This document shows positions 25,503-36,987 of a stretch of 64,000 nt of DNA, one piece after another. The notes beneath the pieces were generated by a model. It saw nothing but the letters and a program-made list of their open reading frames with translations, ran no database searches and was not told the origin of the DNA. The translations under genes were made by a program, and so were the position numbers. The DNA lies in contig CATNEN010000038.1 of assembly GCA_950097015.1 (NCBI GenBank), forward strand, positions 34,658,001 through 34,722,000, in the 5' to 3' direction. Within the stretch, counting starts at the first letter, position 1. Each line of letters opens with the position of its first letter. The DNA is from Macrostomum hystrix. Lineage: Eukaryota; Animalia; Platyhelminthes.

Positions 25503-25865
25503 GTGCATTAAGATTTCTGTATGAAATTTATTTTTATATTTATATAAGCTAGATACGTTTCAGAACACCTAAACAACTTCAATTCATGCTCCGTATTATT
25601 TTCCTACTACTAACAGTAACGAACGCGTGTTTTAATTCCACCTTTAAATAATAAAAAACAAATTCATTTATTGATTCGTTAATCTGCAACTTTAATAACT
25701 TATTACACAATATACTCTCCAATTATTTAGGCTTGTATTTTGACTGAAGAAATATAACACGACTTGAATATTAAAATATATTACCGAATTACTAAACTAA
25801 TTATAAAGAATCGAGGCTGCAGACCTAAAGCCTCATTGATCACTTATGTGAATCGTAATCTATTA

Positions 25866-26230
25866 GGGGCGAGTGGCAGAGTGGTTAACGCATTTGATTC
25901 TCGCACCGAGGTCCCTGAGCTCGATTGCGCGGCGAGGCCACATTTATTTTGGACGCGGCTGCGGAGAGAAGGCTTGGGGGCTTGTCGTGCAATTAACTCC
26001 CTTGAGGGCCAACCTCCAAGGCACAGTGAGAGTGTACACTGCCTGACGATGGGAAAGAAAGTCAGGGCAGATGTACGCAACTGTGTGAGCGTGTGCCTGC
26101 GTACAGTATCTGTGTGCGTGTGTGCTCGGGAGTCAGCGGAACGGGGCAGAATTGCCTCCTCGTTGGCTGCGGGTCTAGTGTCACCAAATGATGTGCCATT
26201 GCCCGCAGCCCTCCTGCAGTTATTATTATT
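25866..26230 (+). mobile_element. SINE family 1, full-length tRNA-derived copy
   Basis: A-box-like TGGCAGAGTGG, B-box-like GAGCTCGATT, hairpin-rich body, (TTA)n tail; at least 7 related pieces in the window. Confidence 0.9.
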
Positions 26231-26679
26231 ACAACCGTAATCTGTTTAGTTTTTATTCAGTTTTAAATTGAACATCCGCGTACAATGTCGGTCCCTTTTA
26301 CGTGGTGAACTTTGAGCTGTCCATGCCTTGTATGATCGACTTGGCATGTTTTTTTAATCGCGTGGACTCATGACAGACAAAATTTGAAAACGAGACTGTT
26401 TTGAACTTTTGTCAAAACTTCTAACTTTTCTGTTCGTGTTTGCATAAACTATGCACAAGCATTAGGCATGTTAAAATGCCTGGAAAAGTTTCTGATAACC
26501 CCTAAAAGACTCAAGCGGTACATTTATCTACTTATGGTTAGAAAATGTCGTAAAATTTACTGTGCAATGAATTTTATCTGCTTTTACTTAAAGTCTTTGA
26601 ATGCAGCTTTCACATTTGCATTCGGGCCAAATTTAGGGCAAACACGAGTATATCGAAATTCTGGATGAGAAAGATCTTG

Positions 26680-27360
26680 GGGAAATTTGAGAGGGGGAGG
26701 GTGAGAGACGGGAGATTTGAGAAGGGGAGGGTGAGAAAGAGGAGATTTAAGAGTGGGAGGGTGAGAAAGGGGAGATTTGAGAGTGGGAGGGTGAGAAAGG
26801 GGAGATTTGAAAAGGGGAGAGTGAGAAAGGGGAGATCTGAGACGGGAAGAGTGAGAAAGGGGAGATTTGAAAGGGGTGAGAAAGGAGAGATTTGAGAAGT
26901 GGTGAGAAAGGCGAGATTTAAGAGGGGTGAGAAAGGAGAGATTTTAGAGGGGTGAGAAAGGAGAGATTTGAGAAGTGGTGAGAAAGGAGAGATTTTAGAG
27001 GGGTGAGAAAGGAGAGATTTTAGAGGGGTGAGAAAGGAGAGATTTTAGAGGGGTGAGAAAGGAGAGATTTTAGAGGGGTGAGAAAGGAGAGATTTGAGAA
27101 GTGGTGAGAAAGGAGAGATTTGAGAGGGGGTGAGAAAGGAGAGATTTTAGAGGGGTGAGAAAGGAGAGATTTTAGAGGGGTGAGAAAGGAGAGAGTTTAG
27201 AGGGGTGAGAAAGGAGAGATTTGAGAAGTGGTGAGAAAGGAGAGATTTGAGAGGGGGTGAGAAAGGAGAGATTTTAGAGGGGTGAGAAAGGAGAGATTTT
27301 AGAGGGGTGAGAAAGGAGAGATTTAAGAGAGGGAAGGTGAGTAAGGGGTGATTTGAGAAT
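26680..27360. repeat. Purine-rich 25-30-bp minisatellite (GAGAAAGGAGAGATTTTAGAGGGGT)n
   Basis: Read directly. Confidence 0.93.
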
Positions 27361-27654
27361 AAGGAGTGAGAAATGGAGGTTTTTAGGAGGGTGGTGAGAA
27401 CGGGGGTGGAAGATTAGGACGAGAAGGCGAGAAAATTAAGTAAGGATAACAAAGAGCTATGGAATTGGTTCTGAATCCTTGTAGATACACGATGTAGATC
27501 ATCGTTTTATGATATCCTTGTTGTTTAAAATTTCGGATTTCTCGACCTACAAATTTGAAATTTAGGACTGCAATGAAAATTATCTACGTTTCAGTGACAA
27601 CAGGCTAGACTAAACTAAATAGTCAGGTAGCTAGTGGAAAGTGGAAGTCGGTTG

Positions 27655-27668
27655 GTAACCATGGCAAC
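27655..27668. promoter_or_regulatory. RFX-binding X-box GTAACCATGGCAAC
   Basis: Matches the consensus GTNRCC-N(0-3)-RGYAAC; lies ~220 bp upstream of the ORF at 27890 and just before a donor CAG|GTACAT. Confidence 0.6.
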
Positions 27669-27889
27669 AACTTCAGGTACATTCTTAGAAAAAGTTTGCT
27701 TAGCAGTGTACGCTTAGCTTTGCATATCTATTTCTCTCTTCTCTCTGTGTTTCGGTGTCTGACTTTAAGCACAATGTCAGCGTCAAGAGATAAAAGCTAT
27801 AAAATACTTCGCTCCGGTCGACTTGCTTTGCCAGCCGACACAGCAGACAGTTCAAAAATAGCCTGCAGAGTGGTAAAAACTTCTCAAAA

Positions 27890-28299
27890 ATGACTCAAAG
27901 GGTCAGAACAGACAGGGGCTTGCTTCAGACTTCGGTGACAACGCCGCGATCAGTCAACCTAACAACCATTAGTCGAGTGCGTCAAAGTTACAGTGACGAG
28001 ATTCAGGCGAAGCAGCATCAGCAGCAGCAGCATCCAAGAATTTTACAACCACTCACTAATCGATATTCTGACCAGAGGCAGTATCATCAGAAGCCACACA
28101 GAACGCTGCCTAGTTTGCGGTATCCGATTGCTCAATCCCCACAATCACCGCAGCCGCCACCGCCGAAGCCACCGCCGCAGCTGGAGCAGACAAAGAGCGC
28201 ATCGCGTTTGTTGCAGCCAACCATTGCTTCTAGCAGCAGAAGCCGAGCTCCACCGCGGCAGGCTCAGCGGCTGTCAGTGACTGCTCATTATCCGCTTCT

Positions 28300-28352
<53 letters not shown>

Positions 28353-28609
28353 GTCGCCTGCACTCCAACACGCTTCGCACGACAACCACCGGCTACCGAA
28401 CCGAGTACAGCACGGATGATGCGGATGTCGCCAGCGCTGAGTCAGAGCCCAGACTCTGTTCCTCATCGTCTTCGTCGGAATATTCCCGAGATGACGAGGA
28501 TTGGGGCCACGGCTACCTGACCGTAGCTGAGGCTGATCATGTCTCAGTATGGCTGCAGCAGGTGCACAGAGCATATCAGAGGGCTGGCTTTAAGGACTTT
28601 GTCGACTGA
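27890..28609 (+). CDS. Uncharacterised low-complexity (Q/P/S-rich) protein
   Basis: 239-aa GC-rich ORF with AAAATG start and a (CAG)n poly-Q tract; non-repetitive C-terminus YLTVAEADHVSVWLQQVHRA; possible 5'UTR intron 27677-27868. Confidence 0.55.
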
Positions 28610-28827
28610 CTGACTGACTGACTGGCCAAGCAAAATCTTTTTCTTAAATGTTGATATCATAATTAAGCCTAAAATAGCAGAGTCACATTCTTCGTATCGC
28701 TTACCAAATGCGTTTTTTCCTTTTCTAATCTTATCCTTCGTCTTCGTTGGTTTCAAGCCTCTTCATTGCTAAATAATGAGCGAAATTATTTCCGATGGCT
28801 GCTTTCCTAGCCTTCGTTGTGCACCGT

Positions 28828-29200
28828 TCTCCTCTCTCCTCTCTCCTCTCTCCTCTCTCCTCTCCCCTCTCCCCTCTCTCCTCTCCCCTCTCCCCTCTCT
28901 CCTCTCCCCTCTCCCCTCTCTCCTCTCCCCTCTCCCCTCTCTCCTCTCTCCTCTCTCCTCTCCCCTCTCTCCTCTCCCCTCTCCCCTCTCTCCTCTCTCC
29001 TCTCCTCTCTCCTCTCCCATCTCTCCTCTCTCCTCTCTCCTCTCTCCTCTCTCCTCTCTCCTCTCTCCTCTCTCCTCTCTCCTCTCTCCTCTCCTCTCTC
29101 CTCTCCCCTCTCTCCTCTCTCCTCTCTCCTCTCTCCTCTCTCCTCTCTCGTCTCTCCTGTCTCCTCTCTCCTATTCCACCTCCTCTCCTCTCTCCCCTCA
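28828..29200. repeat. (CTCTCCT)n polypyrimidine microsatellite
   Basis: Read directly. Confidence 0.95.
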
Positions 29201-29799
29201 GTCTATAGTCTCTCCCAGTGAATTTTTTCTAGTCCCCTTAACACCCAAAGTAATCAAAGCAGACAATGATAGCATTAGCCGCATGCTACTAAATCTATTC
29301 CATTAATCCTCATCGCATTGTTAAAAGCTTCTTCTCGAAAGAAATGTTGTTCCTAAAACCTCGGTGCAATTCATGCTTTCACATTAAATGCCTTTTTAAG
29401 CCTTGTCTTGCATCCATTTGAGTGCTATTATGCAAAATTTTGCTTTGCAAAAATCACATTTCTGCTCTTCGATTTTGAGTGCTTCTAAATGAAATGGAGA
29501 AATTTTACGCCTACTGATTTTTGGATTTAAAACAAAACTTAAAATACCAGATAGTTTTTTCAGTGTCGCTTTTAAGTGTGTCTCGATTCACTCAAGTACT
29601 TTTTCAATAAAATAATAATGACAGCGATTTCACCTGTGTAAATTATGCTTTAAGGAAAAAAAGATTTTTCAAATACTCACCTTCTTTCTTTGAAACCAAG
29701 CAAATTTTCTAAATTATTGTTTTAACATTGTGAATATTTTTACAGGTGTCACATAGGTCACATTCATTGGGCGCGAATCTGCGAATCTACGACATTATA

Positions 29800-29985
29800 G
29801 GGGCAACGGCCAAGTCTCAGTGAGATTGTACACTGCCTGAAGATGAGAGAGATGTACACACCTGTGTGAGCATGTGCCTGCGTACAGTATCTGCGTGCGT
29901 GTGTGCTCAGGAGTCAGCGAAGTGGACAGAATCACCTACTCGCTGGCCGCAGGTCACCAAACTATGTGCCATTGCCCGCAGTCCT
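29800..29985 (+). mobile_element. SINE family 1, diverged 3' half
   Basis: TGTACACTGCCTGAAGATGAGA...CAGGAGTCAGCGAA...CCATTGCCCGCAG. Confidence 0.8.
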
Positions 29986-30390
29986 ATTTTTCAGGTGACA
30001 TCCCTTCCTATTAATAAACTACGTGTACATTAGCTACGTGTCGTGCGTTCGATGCTCAGGTCCCAAGGCTACAACCTATTATGAAAGCTATAAATAATTG
30101 AAAACCACTTAAAAAACGAAAGATACCAAAACACTAAGTTATATTCTCTGCAGTAGTGCAGTTGCTGTTTGTGACACTTTTATTGACAACAATATCCTGC
30201 TGCAAGGACCACTGGAATACGTCGTTATAGTCTAGTCTAGTAGTCCTTGTCCTGCTGATGGCCCGTTGTGGCTTTCGAAACGAGAGTATTGTGGTACTAG
30301 CAACCAAGACCCCCTTTGGGGGGGAGAAGATCTGAGAATACTTTTAAATATGCAACTTCGACACTCTGCTTATCTTTACATGATATCGCC

Positions 30391-31118
30391 TCGATAATTC
30401 ATGCTTCCCATTGATAACTAAGTCTACCCCTTCGATAATTCATGCTTCCCATTGATAGTTAAGTCTACCCCTTCGATAATTCATGCTTCCCATTGATAAC
30501 TAAGTCTACCCCTTCGATAATTCATGCTTCCCATTGATAGTTAAGTCTACCCCTTCGATAATTCATGCTTCCCATTGATAACTAAGTCTACCCCTTCGAT
30601 AATTCATGCTTCCCATTGATAATTAAGTCTACCCCTTCGATAATTCATGCTTCCCATTGATAATTAAGTCTACCCCCTCGATAATTCATGCTTCCCATTG
30701 ATAGTTAAGTCTACCCCTTCGATAATTCATGCTTCCCATTGATAATTAAGTCTACCCCTTCGATAATTCATGCTTCCCATTGATAACTAAGTCTACCCCT
30801 TCGATAATTCATGCTTCCCATTGATAGTTAAGTCTACCCCCTCGATAATTCATGCTTCCCATTGATAGTTAAGTCTACCCCCTCGATAATTCATGCTTCC
30901 CATTGATAATTAAGTCTACCCCTTCGATAATTCATGCTTCCCATTGATAACTAAGTCTACCCCTTCGATAATTCATGCTTCCCATTGATAGTTAAGTCTA
31001 CCCCTTCGATAATTCATGCTTCCCATTGATAATTAAGTCTACCCCTTCGATAATTCATGCTTCCCATTGATAATTAAGTCTACCCCCTCGATAATTCATG
31101 CTTCCGATTGATAGTTAA
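30391..31118. repeat. 41-bp minisatellite (TCGATAATTCATGCTTCCCATTGATARYTAAGTCTACCCCT)n
   Basis: About 18 units. Confidence 0.97.
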
Positions 31119-31610
31119 GGTCCTATTTTTCCCATAAGAGCTAGTGTATTTCATACACCCCTATACACGAATTTGCACTGCGCCTCAAAAAAAGGCATTA
31201 GAAAAGCCTATCTAGAACAGTTTTTCGAATATTTAATACCCTTGGCAATGAGACAGAATGATGAAATTTGATCAGTCTAATCCTTGGATTAATTGGCACT
31301 TTTTAGTGAAAACAGAACAAAAATTGGTCTAGCCTTTGTTTATACTGTAGCGTTTGTACGAATAAATAAATAGGCAAACAATTATTAGATATTTAGTATC
31401 TAGTAGGATTGAATTGCTTATTTGCTTATTTTTCTCGTCTCTTTGTATATTTTAGATATTCGGCAGTTTAATCGAAAAGCTGAAACAAACTGCAGAAATA
31501 GTTTTCTATGGGCTCAATTTTAAATGTTGCGAATTAATAAATTTATTTGGTTCGTTTTTTTCGCACTGGCTGTTGTATTTCTATCGAGAACAGAATCAGA
31601 TGATTACTTT

Positions 31611-32159
31611 TCAAATGTCGTTATCTTCGTAATTGTCGCTTCTCTTTCCTAGAAAGCCGGAGTAAGCGCCGCGCTTTCCTATAAATCCGGCATACTTTCC
31701 ACGCTTTCCTAGAAACCCGGAGTAAGCGCCGCGCTTTCCAAGAAATCCGGAATACGCTCCACGCTTTCCTAGAAACCCGGAGTAAGCGCCGCGCTTTCCA
31801 AGAAATCCGGAATACGCTCCACGCTTTCCTAGAAACCCGGAGTAAGCGCCGCGCTTTCCAAGAAATCCGGAATACGCTCCACGCTTTCCAAGAAATCCAG
31901 AATACGCTCCACGCTTTCCTAGAAAGCCGGAGTAAGCGCCGCGCTTTCCAAGAAATCCAGAATACGCTCCACGCTTTCCTAGAAATCCAGAATACGCTCC
32001 ACGCTTTCCTAGAAATCCAGAATACGCTCCACGCTTTTGAATTTCTTCAGCCTCGTCGTCTTCAGCCAGAACTGGTCGCAGGCAGCAGAAGACACAGATG
32101 AGAACCAGAAGGCAGCCAAGTGTGGCATTCCTCCAGACACTTTTAGGCTGCGTCAGCAT
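31611..32159 (-). CDS. Amidated neuropeptide precursor: 12x GAYSGFLamide + 1x GKYAGFIamide
   Basis: Signal peptide (MLTQ...RPVLA), acidic spacer, 13 peptides flanked by KR convertase sites, each with a C-terminal Gly amide donor; synonymous codon variation between copies indicates coding constraint. Confidence 0.95.
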   Translation of the reverse strand: MLTQPKSVWRNATLGCLLVLICVFCCLRPVLAEDDEAEEIQKRGAYSGFLGKRGAYSGFLGKRGAYSGFLGKRGAYSGFLGKRGAYSGFLGKRGAYSGFLGKRGAYSGFLGKRGAYSGFLGKRGAYSGFLGKRGAYSGFLGKRGAYSGFLGKRGKYAGFIGKRGAYSGFLGKRSDNYEDNDI

Positions 32160-32609
32160 GGTCTCAGGGCGTCCGTGCCTTTACTGTCGGTACGATGGAT
32201 TTGGTTTTACCTGTGAGAAGCGGCACATCAGGGGGGATGACATTTTAACTGTAGCAAATGTTAGAAATCGAGTTTTTTAGTTTTTATCTCCTGAAAAACG
32301 ATTTCCTGAGATTACAATACGAAGAAACTTTTGCATTCTTTCTTGGATAAGTATTATAAAATTCATCAAAACCAAGAAAACCAAGTTTCTTATTGATTAA
32401 CTTTTGTCTGATTTATTCAAGCCAAGTTTTAAATGATCGACTTTAATAGACCTTTTATGCATGAAAGAAAGTTCGCGGATGACTGCTCAAAGACAGCTCA
32501 AATATAAATATCTAAGGATTATTGATTGAGCTTTCAAATCGGCTACTCAATTTCGAGCGATTTTGGGTGTGCCTTACGATTGCATTTTCATTCAGGAAAT
32601 TTCATAAAA

Positions 32610-33040
32610 TGGAATGGGATAGACTAGCAATCCATTCTATTCCATTACCCATGGGATAGACTAGCAATCCATTCTATTCCATCACCCATCGGATAGACTA
32701 GCAATCCATTCTATTCCATCACCATCGGATGGACTAGCAATCCATTCTATTCCATCACCCATGAGATAGACTAGCAATCCATTCTATTCCATCACCCATG
32801 GGATAGACTAGCAATCCATTCTATTCCATCACCCATGGGATAGACTAGCAATCCATTCTATTCCATCACCCATGAGATAGACTAGCAATCCATTCTATTC
32901 CATCACCCATGGGATAGACTAGCAATCCATTCTATTCCAACACCCATCGGATAGACTAGCAATCCATTCTATTCCATCACCCATGGGATAGACTAGCAAT
33001 CCATTCTTTTCCATCACCCATGAGATAGACTAGCAATCCA
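32610..33040. repeat. 37-bp minisatellite (ATGGGATAGACTAGCAATCCATTCTATTCCATCACCC)n
   Basis: About 11 units; reverse-complement relative of the array at 19615-20105. Confidence 0.95.
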
Positions 33041-34309
33041 ATGTATTTATTTCCTAGCACATTTTTTTTTCTGCGTGAAACAGACTAGCAAATCTATTCT
33101 CTACATTCCCCTTTCGCATGATGGACTAGCAATCCATTATACTCCTAGCTGCCAAGAAAATCTTGGTAAAACGGCAGATATTTACCGTCGTGTCTCCCCT
33201 CGCTTCCCCCCAAGGGATTTTGGCAGCCTGCAGTCGCTAGCAGTGCCACTCAAACTCGATGGAGTGAGTAGGCCACGGTTCGCGACTCCTCGTGTGGCGC
33301 GGGTAAGGCCATATTTCACCCGACCCAGCGAAGAAGTGAAATATTTTTATGAGCCCTCCAACTAACTTGGCCCTTCCGTTGCTGGCGCGCAGCTCACGCG
33401 ACCAACACGCCACTGTCGTGACTTGGGACACTTTCCACCCTGCAGAATTCAGTCAGAAATACAACCTGACCAGCTTATCGCTGACCAGCTACATATAGGT
33501 GTGGAAGAAGAAGAAGAGGATAATGACCTCCCACATCCCTCACGTCTGTGTTCTTGGAAATTTGCGTGCCATATTAGCACCTTCCTCGCCTATGGACCCT
33601 CGGGCCGTCTTGGGAACAGGAATTGGCGAAGTCCTACGAGTAAATGTTTTTTTTAGATTGCTATTGGAGCTCACGCTTCAGTCCAAAGTCGGTTAGAAAT
33701 CAGACAGACAGACAGACAGACAGAGAAAATGGCTCCAGCTGTACCAGTGACTCTTCGCTGTTTTTAATGAGACTGCATGGGTTTCCCTATCTCTGTGTGT
33801 CTGCAGCCCCCCCGCCCTATCTCACAGTTCTTATACCCTCTGGTGAGTCCACATTGTTAATTAACATTTGGAGAAGTGGACTTACTCGCAGCGCTGCAGC
33901 CAGCGGCTCCGTGTGAAAGTCAAGACAGCCCCCTCATCGGGGCTCTATTTCCAGGAATCGTTGCATTCCGGCCTCTACTCAAACTCTTGATTTATTTTCC
34001 CAGACTCTCCCCCAACCATCTCACAGGACTGCTCAAAAGTGTCCCCCGGATTCGCCTTTGAGGATCTACTAGTTTTTCTTTGCGTTAATTCAACCGACTG
34101 ACTGGTCTATCTGACTATAATTCAACTCGACCGACTTACTATCCCCCGCTATATCTCCTCTCTCTTCTCACTCATTTCCCTTGACTCTACTCGTAAATGT
34201 GGAATCTGATAAGATGAGAATCTTCAGCGTCAATTAACTCGTACTTTTTCTAATCAAGTTTTATGTGCACCTGCGCAATAAACAATATGCCTCACTTCCT
34301 GACCACATA

Positions 34310-34820
34310 TTCCTCTCACTCTACCTCTTCTTCTCTCTCTCCCTCTCCCTCTCTTTCTCCCTCTCCCTCTCCCTCTCCCTCTCCCTCTCCCCTCTCACTC
34401 TGCCTCTCACTCTCCCTCTCCCTCTCCGTCTCCGTCTCCCTCTCCCCTCTCACTCTCCCTCTCCCTCTCCCCTCTCACTCTACCTCTCCCTCTCCCCTCT
34501 CCCTCTCCCTCTCTTTCTCCCTCTCCCTCTCCCTCTCCCTCTCCCTCTCCCCTCTCACTCTGCCTCTCACTCTACCTCTCCCTCTCCCCTCTCACTCTCC
34601 CTCTCCCTCTCACTCTCCCTCTCCCTCTCCCTCTCCCTCTCCCTCTCCCTCTCCCTCTCCCTCTCCCTCTCCCTCTCCCTCTCCCTCTCCCTCTCCCTCT
34701 CCCTCTCCCTCTCCCTCTCCCTCTCCCTCTCCCCTCTCACTCTGCTTCTCACTCTGCCTCTCACTCTCCCTCTCCCTCTCCCTCTCCCTCTCCCTCTCCC
34801 TCTCCCTCTCCCTCTCACTC
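34310..34820. repeat. (CTCTCC)n polypyrimidine microsatellite
   Basis: Read directly. Confidence 0.95.
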
Positions 34821-35324
34821 TTCAAATATCTTATTTCCCTTGGCCTTATTTGTTTGCCTGTTTAATAGACTCCTGAAAAACCCAGTTAGGTTTAATCTGC
34901 ATTCTAATCACTTAAATGTTTTATCGCCATGATACAAAACGTCAGTTTTCAATATCCCTTCAAAAATCTTCACCCATCAACCCTTCAACACTTCAAAAAG
35001 TTTTCAAATACAGTTTTTTAATACAGTTAGCAGACTCACTAATTTTCTTAGGAAGAAACAAAAATAAATGAAAATATCGTTAATTATGCCTTAACTTAGC
35101 TGAGCCAAATCAAATCATAAACAATTCTGGCCAATATTATCTTTAAATTATGAGACAGGTACAGATATGGCGAGAATGAGAGTCAATAAATTATAATATT
35201 AGGTATTGATTTATGAAATGCGTCCTTTTTAGGCCATTTTTTATAACTCGAAAAATTTCAATAAATTATTTTCATAAATACACACTTTTACTAAGTTACT
35301 TAAATAAACTTAGCACTAAACATT

Positions 35325-36280
35325 TTGTTAGATATGTTATCAGAGTGTTAGATAAGCTATCAGAGTGTTAGATAAGCTATCAGCGTGTTAGATAAGCAAT
35401 CAGCGTATTAGATAAGCTATCAACTTGTTAGATAAGCTATCAGCGTGTTAGATAAGCTATCAGAGTGTTAGATAAGCTATCAGCGTGTTAGATAAGCTAT
35501 CAGAGTGTTAGATAAGCTATCAGCGTGTTAGATAAGCAATCAGCGTATTAGATAAGCTATCAGCGTGTTAGATAAGCAATCAGCGTATTAGATAAGCTAT
35601 CAACTTGTTAGATAAGCTATCAGAGTGTTAGATAAGCTATCAGAGTGTTAGATAAGCTATCAGCGTGTTAGATAAGCAATCAGCGTATTAGATAAGCTAT
35701 CAACTTGTTAGATAAGCTATCAGCGTGTTAGATAAGCTATCAGCGTGTCAGATAAGCTATCAGTGTGTTAGATAAGCTATCAGCGTGTTAGATAAGCAAT
35801 CAGCGTGTTAGATAAGCTATCAGCGTGTTAGATAAGCTATCAGAGTATTAGATGAGCTATCAGTGTGTTAGATGAGCTATCAGCGTGTTAGATGAGCAAT
35901 CAGCGTGTTAGATGAGCAATCAGCGTGTTAGATAAGCAATCAGCGTGTTAGATAAGCAATCAGCGTGTTAGATAAGCTATCAGAGTGTTAGATAAGCTAT
36001 CAGCGTGTTAGATAAGCTATCAGAGTGTTAGATGAGCTATCAGTGTGTTAGATAAGCAATCAGCGTGTTAGATAAGCAATCAGCGTGTTAGATAAGCAAT
36101 CAGAGTGTTAGATAAGCTATCAGAGTGTTAGATAAGCTATCAGAGTGTTAGATAAGCTATCAGAGTGTTAGATAAGCTATCAGCGTGTTAGATAAGCAAT
36201 CAGAGTGTTAGATAAGCTATCAGAGTGTTAGATAAGCTATCAGCGTGTTAGATAAGCTATCAGAGTGTTATATAAGCTAC
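35325..36280. repeat. 20-bp minisatellite (CAGCGTGTTAGATAAGCTAT)n
   Basis: About 47 units in exact 20-bp register. Confidence 0.97.
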
Positions 36281-36379
36281 CAAACTGTTTTCGAACAATG
36301 ATGTGACATCGCTTATAATTATGGGATTCAATTCGTTAAATTGATAAAAAGCTAAAAGCGGTAATATCATGTCACTCAC

Positions 36380-36556
36380 GGTGTTAATTGTTAGCGGCGA
36401 TCACAGCTGCTGTTGAGTTGTTCGTGAGTTATCCTCTGAGCCTAGTTGCTATGCGGACTACAGCTTTTTCGAAAGCGAAATCCGTTGTCAAGGGTCTGGC
36501 TCCGGTTGTTATAAACTCACTCCTACCTCCCTCCCTCCCTCGCGCTTCTCATTGGC
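36380..36556 (-). promoter_or_regulatory. Putative promoter and non-coding first exon of the neuropeptide gene
   Basis: Minus strand has CCAAT (~36553), TATAA (~36512) and a donor ACC|GTGAGT at 36380/36379; a matching acceptor CTCACAG| lies at 32211, 51 nt before the ATG. Confidence 0.45.
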
Positions 36557-36987
36557 TGCGACCACTGCCTGGTGTTCAATGCAGCGTTGAATATTGATCT
36601 GGAAGAAATGATTGTATCAGCTTTAGAAAATGAGGCTGAACCGTCTCTATCTTCCACTTCAACTGCTCAAGACTAACAGGCAGTTTTTTAGTGGCCTATA
36701 CTAGACAAGTCTGGTCTGACAATTTGAAATCAATTTCACTCGCTCCATCCCAAGTGCTACAACTGCTCACCTGCGTTCTACCTACTGTCTGGCTATTGCT
36801 CAGCACTTGACTCTGCTATCTCATGCTCAACAATGTCCTCTTACACTCAAACCACAGGCTGAAAATTCACCTAATACTCCATGCTGCCTGAGTCTCATTT
36901 CTAATCTACACACCTTATGCTTGAACCGCGTTTCTCACTCCAACCTCACTGCTGCTCACATCACTCGCTCTCACCTCTCTCCTACGT

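Noticed and set aside
25280-25940. A/B-box sequences as tRNA genes
   Set aside because: No complete cloverleaf; they continue into SINE bodies found in multiple copies
33270-33340. GACTCCTCGTGTGGC as an HDV-like ribozyme
   Set aside because: P3 is mismatched and no consistent P1/P2 could be built
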